From the NCBI GenBank assembly GCA_002633005.1, contig NMRA01000549.1, positions 207,872-271,871 of the forward strand: 64,000 nt of DNA, in the 5' to 3' direction. The DNA is from Phoronis australis. Its lineage: Eukaryota > Animalia > Phoronida. The translations under genes were made by a program, and so were the position numbers. The notes beneath the pieces were generated by a model that worked only from the letters and a program-made list of their open reading frames with translations, did no database searches and had not been told where the DNA came from. Shown piece after piece: positions 1-32,400 of this stretch (within the stretch, counting starts at the first letter, position 1; each line of letters begins with the position of its first letter).

Positions 1-1507
1 AACTCCCACATGCAAATTTGATATGCAAATGAGGGAGTACTTGACTACTGCGCCATCTATACATCGACGGAAAAGCTTAAATACCCGTGACTGCGTGTGG
101 GAAGTTGCGATTGAGTGCTCTGAAGTCGATATTTTTAAAGTACAATTACACCATTGTTTAAGGTTGCAAAGTGAGTTTTTTGATATCCTTCTATAGAAAA
201 AGCTTTAATCTCTCTGATAAAACCATCTGTTTCCTTTTAAACGAAACTTAAGTCCTGAAATTAGACCGGGGAAGGAGGCCAAAAACGGCGGTTTAGCTAG
301 TTGTCCCTTCCTGGTTATCTCTTCCTGATAAAATTGAGGTTGCAAGTTGCTGACGGCATCATCGTTGTTGTTCCCAGTGCCTCTGTCATGGTTGAGACTT
401 CGGTATTGTTGTTCTCATTGGCAACCTCTATTCTAAGTTCTTCATTCAATTTCTCCAAATGTCGCTCTTCAGACCACTTTCATTCGCCCAAATGGAACAT
501 GTGCTGCAGAATGTTTTTTTTTATTTGTTTGGAATTGCATGGAGATTTCCTTTAGAAAGTTTGCACACAAATGATAATGGTTAGGCAGGTTGCAGTAATG
601 AAGGAGAAAGAGCATCTTTGTTAAAATTGGTGAATTTTTTCCTTAAATTAAATCCTTTTGTAGCACAATTGTAGCATACGTTGCATTCATTAATTTAGGA
701 AGTTGAGTATTAGTACAAATAATGATTGGCAGATTTCCTGATATCAATCGTTAATTGACTTTCTGTGTAGCTAACAGTGTCAAATCAATCTGGAATTACT
801 TTTTCAGATCTACTGACAAAATCATGAAAAAGTGATGTCACGTCTGTTGTACTAATTTTGTTAAAGTGACAAAAACCTCCCAGTAAAACCAAAGCAGGAA
901 ATAAGCTTACGAACAGAAAAATCATTAAGCCATGTATCAATATGAAACTGTGAGTTTCACTTCTGAAGATCATAGCATTATAGTACTAAATGATTTTTGC
1001 TTACTCGATGATATCAGTCTTAGTTTTTAATGGTTTTAGTTGTGGGAGATTTTGTGTCACTTACTTTTTTCACAATCACAAGTAATATAACTTCGTACCC
1101 ATGCAACAAGTATCTATGATGCATGAGGCATTTGGAATATTGCAGCGTTATGTCAAATGCTTCTTTAAGCACCAAACATCATTGTATTGAAGATTCTGGT
1201 GTACGTAACTGCAGAAACAGTTGTGATTCAAAATGAAAATAAAAGTGTGTGTTCAGAAAAAGAGCAAAAATACAAGACTGGTTAAAAGTGATCATGTACA
1301 GTGTACTCTGACAATGATCAGAGTTGCTGATACTGAGGTGGAGAGACGCAACAGAGGGAGCTGTTACTGTGTCTTGGCTCAGATTATTAAACAACCAAGT
1401 CCATGAAATGTTAAAAGGACAAGAGTAAGAAAGGGTGTGAAACTGAAAGTTTGGCTTCGATGTCAATTTGGCATTATTCTCTTTCCTTCAAGATGTAGCA
1501 GTTCTTC

Positions 1508-21628
<20,121 letters not shown>

Positions 21629-22018
21629 GTGCGCACGCACATTACAATAGATGTACATGTCCCTGATGTCCTGTAGCGTACTACGCAATCAACATTATTG
21701 TGATGGACAGGAATATGGCGTTAGGCAACACTTGTTGCTTTTTTACATACCATGAAATGTGGGCTTTGTTAAGCAAGTTCATTTGGTAGAGATAGAGACT
21801 GAACAGTATTTGTGAGCTGTGTACATAGTGGCTCACGTACAACTGTCCTCAGTGTTGAACTGATCTTGTGGAAGGATGTGTACATGTTCATAGTGCTGGA
21901 AGATTTTCTTATGATAAGTTGTAGACATTGCTCATCAGTTGTTATGTTGTTGATATGATTTTAATATACATATGTTATTCAAATTTGTTTAATTTATTTA
22001 TTATTGTGATATTTAAAA

Positions 22019-22066
22019 TGAGGGTGGCCTCTTCAGTGATAGCACTGCTTTCCAAGAGGGCCCTCA
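22019..22066. other. Hairpin in MCM8 3' UTR region, probably the 3' end of a non-LTR retroelement on the minus strand
   Basis: tgaggg-tggcctctt-cagtg-atag-cactg-ctttcc-aagagggccctca forms nested inverted repeats, preceded by tttatttattatt; retroelement origin is inference. Confidence 0.45.
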
Positions 22067-24430
22067 ACAAGAAAAATAGTAATATAATACAATGAAGTAA
22101 TAAAATAACAATGAAATATACGTAACAAAGATACAATTAAAACAGTTAAGGTTAATGTCAGAATTTTTTGTGGTTACATGATTTTTAGTGTACATTTTCT
22201 TGATAACCCATTGTTGCATTTCAAGCAGGGAAATTGCCTGTGCAAATCAAATAAAAAATACCTTTCAGTGTAGATTTTTTAAAACAGTTGCTTTTTGATG
22301 CCAGTGAGTTTCAATGAAATTGAATTCAGTGAAACGAGACCGTCACTTTCTTTCTAAAAATAGAATTCGTGTAGATGATAATTAAATGCTAATAAGTGTG
22401 TTTTAGGGTCGCTGTTCTGGGCTTAGTCTGTTATTTGACTGTTAATTGACTGTTTTACCTGGCATGCCCTGTGATATCTGACACCAGGTCCCGGATGTAC
22501 TGCAAATTCCATGATCTTTTTTAGAAAAAACATTTGCAAAATGCCATCATTTGGCTACATAATTAGCATAACAAATTTGCTCAAAAAAAACATCTGAACT
22601 ACTAAGGGTAAATGCCCGATGTGCGAATTAGGAGAAGCTTAATATGCCATTTTGGGTACTTTTTCAACTAGTCCTTGGCACCTCTATAATTGACGTGAGT
22701 ATCTCCCACCTGCCTAAGTTTGTGAATGGGCTTTGCATCGTCCATATTAAAACTTCGCCTGTCAAACACCAGTAATATTTTATTAATTCGATTAGTTTTT
22801 CTAATCCAAAAATATGATGGGATAAAAGAAAATTGGAAAAAAATAAGAAACTGATATTTGGGAGGCAAATATTCCAAAGTAGAGAACTTTTGTTGAGCTT
22901 TTGTTAGGATTTAGCCGAACATAGTTGTGCATTTCCCTATAGTTTAAGTTTGCAAATTAACTAAGAAGCACAGATTTATTTGAAAATCAGTAAATAACTA
23001 TCTGGTAGATCAGTATCCAAGTTCAAGGACATTCCAATGGGTTACTCTTTATGCAACAGGCTAATACAAATATCGAATAATTTAATAGAGTTTAAGAACG
23101 TGCCGGGTATACGTAATTCAAACCGGTCACTCTACGTAACAGGTTATGAAAAAGTCTGTGAGATAATTCCAATGCGCAAAATCGCTGAAACCTAGAACTG
23201 GAGGGCAATACACGGCGCTTAGAACATTTGATTCCGACTAGAGTTGGTCATCAAAATAGATGGCCGAACTCAGCATGTGACGTGGTTGGGTGCGAAGCCG
23301 AAGGAAGAGGTGCAAACCTGGACTTCAGTCATGGATGTTAACTACTACCCTCATCACATGAAAAACCTGGTTACACTTCACGCTATATTAGGATAACTTT
23401 TTGTCATACATTGTCATACAACTATCCTTCACTGGAAAGGAACAAAAAGAAAAAATATCGATTTTTGTAGATGTTGCTAGGGGTAGTGTTCAAGGTAGTG
23501 CGTTAGTCTGTGACTTCTTGGCTCCTCTTAAAGCCGAGTATACGTGAAATGTGTGTTGACGGAACTGATAGTTGGGTAACACAGGAGCGAAACATTAGTT
23601 TATTGAAATCGACATTTCTGAGTTACAATGCACGATACACTGACAAAAGCTAAATGACGTCAAACTACATGTATGTGTCTATGATGAAGCATATAACTCA
23701 TTGCCCTCAGAGATGCACAGCGAGTTTGGTTGAACAAATGTATATGCATCATTTGGCAATTGAGTACCTTACTGAGCCTTACGAAATGCTATTACTTGTC
23801 ACAAAATATCAGGCACCCAAAGTTTTTTTTTTTAAGATTGTGTCAAACTCTAGAAAAATGGCCAAATGTGGCGAATTTCGTATCTGTAAATGGCTGGTTG
23901 GATTTATTTGAACTTTCAGATAATATGCCTTATGCACTGTACTCCAAAACATGGTTAAGGAATTGTTTTAAGATGTTCCATTTTTGTATGAAAAGCGATC
24001 AAAAATTAGTGCTTTTGTTTCTATGAAAAAATAAAAGTTGGATAAAACAAGCGATATGGGCATGGTGTGACTATATGCACTTAAATGCATTAAAACAATT
24101 TGGAGGGCATAACAGCATTATACTACATGAACCCCTCCCATCGCACGCGCCTTCTTTCTAGTTACAAATGACCACAAAGGTGTCGAAAATACTAAAATAT
24201 TAGGGTTGGCCGGTTTGCTACTAGTTCATAATCTTTCTTGAGTACTTTAATGAGAGCTGACAATATTAATTTACAGCGATTGAAAAACACTTTTAGTAAA
24301 AGAGCAGTCAGTTGAAAAAAGGACAGGTAATATATAAATTCACCTTGCTAAGGCGGACCCCAAGTCCCGGGTAAAAAGCCTGATACATTGCGAAATTTCA
24401 GTGACCTGCTTAGTGCGGCCACTACATTAA

Positions 24431-24848
24431 TGTAGTCAATAGTGGGTCGTCAGTTAGGTCGTAAGTGAGTGACTGGTGGGTGGTGACGTGCACCGGGGTT
24501 TCCATCGTTTCATCACAACATTTAAGACATGAACATCTGCCGTGACATATAAATATAGAATTATAAAGTACTCCAGAAGTAACGAGCGAGAGTGTCATAT
24601 TCCACATGTGGATTTGAAGCCACAAGTCGAGCACGGTCTCTGCGGAAGACTTAAAGCCTTTTGGACTGCCTGGTGTTAGATTTTGTTGTGAGTTGCATGC
24701 CTAATCAGTTGTCTGTACTGATTTCCATATTCATATTGTGTTGTAAGTCTATTTTGACTTCGTCTCTTGTCACAGTCTGGACATTCGCGGACTTTACTAC
24801 TTTATGGGCGCGTGTTTCAGTACTCGTCATAACGAAATAACGGCTACA
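24431..24848 (+). mobile_element. Candidate solo LTR (about 418 bp)
   Basis: Begins TGTAGTC and ends GGCTACA (TG..CA, 6/7 inverted match), internal TATAAA motifs near 24548 and 24562; flanks attaa/atgag are only a 3/5 TSD match. Confidence 0.4.
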
Positions 24849-25689
24849 ATGAGATAATTACGCTAGTAGTTAAGGCCGACGTACCCACGGAGCCCTCGTC
24901 CACCATAGAGGGGTGATCTGAAGTCACCGTGACCAATTTGGGCCCGCGGTAGCCGCCGCGCGCCAGGCAAAATCTTGAACCAGATTGTTGTTCGGCGCGC
25001 GCCTCGTTACTCGGCCTAGTCGGCTAAAGCAGTGCCGACTGCCAGGCGGTGATGCAATAGAAACAGAAACTTGGGCGATCAATGGTAGATTTTTTTCTGA
25101 TACAGGCCATGCCCGCGAACTCGGCCAAGAAAGACACGAAATGACATTCGTTTTTTCGTATATCGAGGATTCTTTGACGGATGCGAAAAGGAGTGAATTC
25201 ACGCACTAGCCTTTTTGGCGCCCGAAACAGGCCCTGTGATGAGCCCCGCCTCTCTGCAAGACTATGTATATACTTCATCTAGTCGCCACTAGTCGGCCCG
25301 GGGCCCCCGGCCTGCCAATCGTACTGATCAAGGCACTCACAATTACTAAATGTAAATGGGCAAATGGGTACATGCAACTGGTGCATTTTGACACTTGACC
25401 ACATTTTGACTCGACGTTTTCAGTTCGGCAGTGCATGCTATGGTTTGCTGTTTTTTTGTTTTTTTTTTTACAAAAATTCAGTGCTCTGAATAGCTGCGGA
25501 GGCTGAGCAGAAATGGTTAACATGCATGTCTTACTGTTATTGAGCACTGCACGAGAAAATTCGCTTCCAAAATTTTTATTGGGTGTCCGCTGGGGTTGCT
25601 AATTACACAGTTTGCTACATCATGTAAATAGTTTGTTTACAGCCGTTCAGCAGGCCCCACTCGGCGGCCTGTCGGCTGGTAAACCTATT

Positions 25690-25850
25690 CTGATAATGTT
25701 ATTATTTCTGAGCACAACAAGATGGCTGCGCCCATCGTTGAAGTCAGTTGGCCGACAGAATCTATTTAAAGTTCTTAATTAAACAATATTTATCTGTCGG
25801 TCATGTGTAAACAGTTGCGTGGAAGAAAATAATTGTGGAAGAGAATCGAG
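25690..25850 (+). promoter_or_regulatory. Probable ABCB10 5' non-coding exon / promoter-proximal region
   Basis: Follows CpG-rich DNA (24870-25680), contains AAGATGGCTGC (YY1-like initiator-proximal motif) and ends at gag|gtgcgt; a strong acceptor ctttacttttcag ends at 26363 upstream of the ABCB10 ATG. Confidence 0.45.
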
Positions 25851-26462
25851 GTGCGTTTTTACACTTACTGCCTTGCTCTGTATTGTTAGTAACCAGTCCC
25901 GGCTTTACTAGGGCGGCTTGTGCCGGGTTGTGCGCTGTGGCTGTCCTGGGATGGGGCTTGGCCTGAGCAACACCAACGAGTAGTCGTGGCCTTCAGACAT
26001 ACACGAGCGATATTGCCTAATACCAACCCTAACACAGAGTCTGTGAAGTTTACTAAAACAAGGCGGTATGAGAAACAGACATTCGTTTTGCCCATCTTCT
26101 TACCATACCATAAACACTCAGTTTATGGTACACAGTTCACTGTGGCCTTTAAAGTGGCTACAGTAACCCTGCCTTCCATCAATAAGTAACTTGATTTAGA
26201 CGACTTACTGCAATCTGTTACTAACCTATATGGAAGGTGCCTCTTTGGAATTTAGTGTGTTAGTCTAAAACTATATTCACAAGGCTGTGATGTGAACAGA
26301 TACGCAGAAGTGCGTGAGAAATCCTGTCTACACTTTTGATGTCTTATATCCTTTACTTTTCAGCCAGCCTGCCTTTGATGATTTTGTTGAAGCCCTGTCC
26401 TGGGAATGCATTCATGTGACGGCATATAGCCAAGAAACTAAGTGCGTTGGTGACATAACAAG

Positions 26463-29400
26463 ATGGCAACTTTAGTGCTTTTTCTAAAACATTCAGGATC
26501 TCTTAATCATTTGAAATCTACTTGTGTCAGGCTGTCAAGCCCAGGTGTACAGTATCGCCATGTAAGACAGCTTGTAACATTTAACAAAATATGCCATAGA
26601 AACTTGAAGCGTGTTAATAAGTCCGTGATTGGATATATGACACGAGATGTTCCGAGGCGAAAAGTATTTCTCAAAGGTGATGCCCCAGAGAAGGCAGTGA
26701 AGTTATCGGCAGCGAAGCACAGTGATGTAACACGTCTGATGCGATTGGCTAAACCAGAGAGATGGAGATTGTTAGGTACTCAGCTTCTTATTAAGCTTTG
26801 TTTCATAGTTTTTAATTTCTGCTTCGAAATGAAGATTTTTATGGAGAGTTTGTTGCTGCTGACAGGTGGTCTTTGTTGGATTCAGAGTCCTCTTGCTCAT
26901 CTCAGGTTAAAAGGTATAATCAGTAAGTGCCTGTGTTTTCTGATATGAGGGAATTTTTGCAATGGGATTAAAAATGCACGTCGCGTTATGCATTGCTAGA
27001 TCAACTACCGATATCAACTTTCCATGCGGTTTCACTGTGACTAGCTTGAATAAAGGGCTGTGATGAATTATTTTCTTAACTCAATACAATGATAAAACTG
27101 TTTTCAAATTTTGCTACATATAATAAACAACTCTGTCTAAAGGGTGCAAACCATGTCATTTTAGAATGTGAACATTTCTGATTAAAAAAATGCTGATGAT
27201 GCCGAGTCTCTAGACCAGTGGAAACTGATTTTAACCTCGATGCAATTTTTTATTATTTGAGGGAGGGTTGGGAATGGTGGGGTTTTGAATGTTCAAAGGA
27301 TGCTTAGGCCGATATTTGCCCCAATAATGGAACATTGATTGATTTTCTCTTACATGTGCAGTGTTTTATATGGAGTTGTCATCTGTGGGCCCAATTCTAT
27401 ATGAAATGATTACTGCATTCAGTCTGTGACAATGAAATTGCAGTGTTAATAAAAGAATGTGACCTTGGTTTTGATTTATATGGTAAAGTATCGCCTATTT
27501 AGGATACAATATGTTGAACGAGTGTAATTTTATTTTCTCTCCTCGTAGCATCACACTGTAATGTTGAAGTTCCTTACTGTAGCTATCACCAAACATTATT
27601 TTAAAAAATTGTGCGTATTCACAGCAATGTTAGGAGCCATAGAGAAATCAAAAGGACAATTTTGCCAACCATTTTGTCCGAAATGTGTGTGATTTTATGG
27701 TAGTTTGACTCATCATGTTTTACAGTTGATAGCAATACAATAATAACTCTGATTAAGACTGCAGTGATGTCACGACTGAAGTTGATCAAGATGGTGAAAA
27801 TGTTGATTCCATTGATACTGATAGTGAGGACTTATTTCAGTTTGCCAATTGTCTTCATACAGAAGGAATATTTGCAGAGCTTTGTTGATGCTAATGATGA
27901 TGTCAATGGTAAAAACTCTTTGTGTTTTTTACAGGCGCAGTTGGTTTACTTCTGATCTCCAGTGTAACTACAATGGCGGTTCCATTTGGAATGGGCAAGA
28001 TTATTGATATTATTTACAGCGGATCATCTGGTCAAGCTGATGACCAGATGATGACCAGACTACAGACAGTGGTCACCATACTGTCGGGGGTCTTCTTAGT
28101 CGGGGCTGCTGCCAACTTTGGACGAATTTACCTGATGAGTACTTCAGGTATGTATAAAGGACAGGATGTCACCTGATGAGTAGCTCAGGTATGTATGAAG
28201 GACAGGATGTCACCTGATGAGTAGCTCAGGTATGTATGAAGGACAGGATGTCACCTGATGAGTACTTCAGGTATGTATGAAGGACAGGATGTCACCTGAT
28301 GAGTACCTCAGGTATGTAGAGGATGAAGGACAGGATGTCAACAATTTGATACACATTGTACACACTTAAGATTGAGGTTAAGGGATCTTTAAGTCTAATA
28401 AATTGTTTCACTCGTTAAATTTACTGGCACGTTCATTTTCATTAAGTGGGTCCCAGGTTAGGACTGCTCACTCTACTTTCCGTTCAACTTGGCTGCTCAC
28501 ATTATAATTTGTAGGTGCTATCTCAGCTTAAGGGCATGCTCAAGTTCCAATTACCTCCTTTTTTATGGATCTCCCTTAATTTTTGTTTAATAACTGTACA
28601 ATTATTTAGCTGTGATTTCAATGAAGCATTGCTGTTTCTTTTAAATGCTTATTAGTCTTTCTGTTTTTGCATTCTGTTATCAGTTCTCATTATTACAGGT
28701 CAGAGAATCATTCGCACTCTAAGGAACAATCTGTTTTCCTCCATCATGAGACAAGAGGTAGCATTCTTTGATAAGACTAAGACCGGCGAGCTCATCAACC
28801 GTCTGTCGACAGACACTTCACTCATTGGTCAGTCAGTCACTATGAACATCTCTGATGGACTACGGTCGGCAGCACAGGCTGTTGGAGGACTGTCACTTAT
28901 GGTAATCATTTCCCCCACACTGCATCATTTTTATTGTCAACAAAGGGAGTGGAAATACTGACTTAGCCTTTCCAACTTGGCCCTTGGCTAAATTGTATTG
29001 CAACTGATACTACAAAGTTTATAACAATGAGCATAAGGTCTGAGATTTTATTTTTGTTTGCATTCTAACAAATTATTATTGCTTTATCAGTAGTTTGTTC
29101 TGGGTTTCAAAATAATGTAAGATGTTTTGAAACCAGGAACAAAGTAACATGAGAATTTGCGTTACATGGTGCTAAATTAGTGTTCTTAAATTTTCAACTC
29201 ATAAAAAATTAAAACACCGTACCTGTTATTCAAGCAATATTTGCGTGGCTGCTTTGTTTTGTCTAATTGTCTCAACTGTTGAATCGTCTATTTCTTCTTC
29301 ACTGTCTTCTATTACAGTTCTATGTCTCGCCAAAGCTGACATTTGTAGTCCTGGGCATTGTCCCTCCTGTTGCCATCTGTGCTGTCCTCTATGGGCGCTA

Positions 29401-32400
29401 CGTTAGAACTATCACCAAGAAGACTCAGGACTCGCTTGCTGCTGCAACCATAGTAAGGAATGGTTTTGTAGAGGATTGGAACTTAGTTTTGCCAGCTTAG
29501 GGATTTTGTTTATTAACATAAATAAGGTGGTGATGCAGTAAAATTAGATGCATGAAGACAATTGTGTGTTGCAATGTTACATCAAACCTTTCATTTCGTT
29601 TTCTGGCTATTCAGTAGGAAATGTTTCAACTCCCTTTTGGGGTCCTTGGCTTGAAAAACTTGATGACAACGAGTGAATCTCTCTTGAAAGCCAGTTTTTG
29701 TCAGTGGCTGTTTGGAAATGTGTCACTGCATGGGACAAGTGAATATGAGTGTATTTTGAAACATAACTATGGGCTGAGTGATTAGTAAGTTCTCGGATCA
29801 TTTGTGTGCTTTCTCAGTATATCCATTTTATCATGCAGCCAACATATAACTTATTTCTGTGTCTGTTGTGACCAAGCTAGAGGTTGGTATAGGTGGCCAA
29901 TAGATTTTAGAAATCATATTAAAAGACAAAAATTGAATAACTGCTGTTTACAGCCTTAATTCAAACAAAAAATGATGTCTAAATCAACACTGCTTGGAAG
30001 ATTTTAATTAAGTTTACAGACTTTGTTTGTACACCAGACTGAGTGCTCAATTTCGTCCATTTACTTGTTAAATACTGTCTGTTTTCATCGAACATCTAAC
30101 ATCTGAAGTCACTCACTTTGAAGTCACTTACTTTCACTTTAAAGTTACTTTCTTGTAAGTCACTTTGTAGTCACTTTCAAATCACTTACTTTCAAGTCAC
30201 TTTCAAATCACTTTCTTTCAAGTGCATTACCTTCAAGTTACTTAGTAAGTTGCTTACTTTTTAGGTAGCTGAAGAAAGAATAAGTAATATCCGAACTGTT
30301 CGTGCCTTTGCTAAAGAAGAAAGTGAAGTTGTGTCTTACCAGGCAAAAACAAAAGATGTTTTGCTGTTGACTTACAAAGAAGCTTTAGCTAGAGGATTAT
30401 TCTTTGGAACAGTAAGTACAGAGCACATTTTTGTAGTCTCCTGGGAACTCACTTAATGCAATACTTGAATTGCTTTAAGTGATTATGCTGCAACCTTTGG
30501 TTGTTAGTCAGTGTTTGTACTTGTAAGCGGATCTTTCGTATAGTTTTATTTCATTAGGTCAAATTTTAAGTTTATTTGACAACTTGTTATTAATTAATAA
30601 AATGCTACACTGATTTGTGACTTCTAATTGACATCTAATGGATAAAATATTGAATAGTTGCTGCTCAATTTTAAAAGCTAATGTTGAAGACTCAAACGAC
30701 TTGAAATTCGTTTGCCAGAAGGTGTGTTGGCAGCTATAAAATCTCATAGCCGTGGAGCCAATCTGGGGTGCTTTTAACCCTTATCCTGCTGACACCCTTG
30801 TCAAACTAATTCCCTTGCGTGCTGAGGTAAGTAGGTCTGACACCACAACAGCTGTATGTTGGGCTGTTATGAAGGTCATTCAGTTTAATGACATAACATT
30901 GTTAAAAATGAAAACTTGAATGGGGAATGTTAGCGGTGGTCAGGATAAGAGTTGTTCAGTATTTAATGGAGATTTTAGCTATGTCATCTTTATCATAACC
31001 AAAATATAAATAAACCTGTGAAGCTTCAAAGAGGCAGTTAGTGGTTTTTTATTTTGTGTTTTTAGTTTTGACTCGAGATAATGCCTATCGTCAACTGATT
31101 CTAGGTTTTTAATATCTTGTCTAAATAAATACATCTTACTAATACTATATTCTGTGGACCATTCCATTGATGATAAAGGAATTTCAAAATAACATAGATT
31201 TAGTCAAAAGTATCTGTCTTTATATCAATGCTGTTGTAAAAACTTTTTTGGAGAATAGAATTTTTCATTTTGTGGGCAATATGTTTCTTTTTGTTTGAAA
31301 CATAAAAATTTAGAATTTGTTTCAATGGGTTTCAATTGTTGTGTTTTATTGTGTCCATTTGATAACAAATGGATCTTATTTATTAATCTTTCTTAATTTT
31401 GATTAAATTTTGTTCTTTTTGATATGTTGTTGTTGACCTTTCCCTAGGCTGGTCTGTCTGGTAACCTGATCATCTTGGCTGTTCTGTATTATGGTGGAGG
31501 AATGATGAATGAGGCCCATCTGACTGTGGGAGACTTGACCTCGTTTCTGCTCTATGCTGCATACATAGGCGTGTCCATTGGCGGTTTGAGCTCCTTCTAC
31601 ACAGAGATGATGAGGGGCCTAGGGGCCAGCTCCCGGCTCTGGCAATTGATGGACAGACAACCGGCTATTCCTGTCAACTGTATGTAGAGTACAGAAGTGA
31701 TGATATTGTACAGTGTCTAGGATTAAGTTTACAAGCAGTATTTTACCATGTCCATGTATATTCACAAGTAGTATAATTGTACCATGCTCAGGATTAAGCT
31801 TACAAGCAGTTCTGTGCCATATCCCAGATTAAGCTCGCAAGTGGTATTTTTATGCACTCACATATAGGCCAAAACAGCTTAGTTGGTTCAGGTGTGCACC
31901 ACAATTGGCATTTGACCCTGTCTTGCTACTTCAAGAAAAATGCACTTGCTCCCATTGATTTTATTCAAGATCTCAAACTTATTTTTGAAAAGTTGACAGT
32001 CACCATCTCATCAATTTTCATAAAAAACACAGACCTGAACTAATTAATTTTTGGCCTCGTATGTGCTTTCTGCATCCCAGCGTGCGATGTTTGCTGCAGT
32101 ATTTCTCAAATCCCTATAAGATCTTTAGACTTTGGTTAGTGTGGTCTTTTAGTATGTATGGCAGGGATGGAGGATGACCTTCGGACTAACTCGGCTACTG
32201 CTGTGCCTCCTATAGGAGTTTTATTGCTTTGTGTTTCCTTTAATTTCTGCTAAGTCCCTCAATGGATCTTTACGAAACTTGACAGATGTGTTTGTGTCAA
32301 AGATGGGATCATGTCTCCCAACAATTTTTGGACGACTCCATTATTCATTTTGTGCACCCCTGAGTCGTATTTTTAAGTATCTACAAAACCCCTTAGAGAA

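Noticed and set aside
10-30. Two ATGCAAAT octamer motifs suggesting an snRNA or POU-regulated promoter
   Set aside because: No snRNA sequence follows; the same motif occurs in repeat-like DNA at about 62878 and the window edge hides context.
301-555. 84-aa ORF upstream of MCM8
   Set aside because: Non-ATG start, no family resemblance, lies in presumed promoter or first intron.
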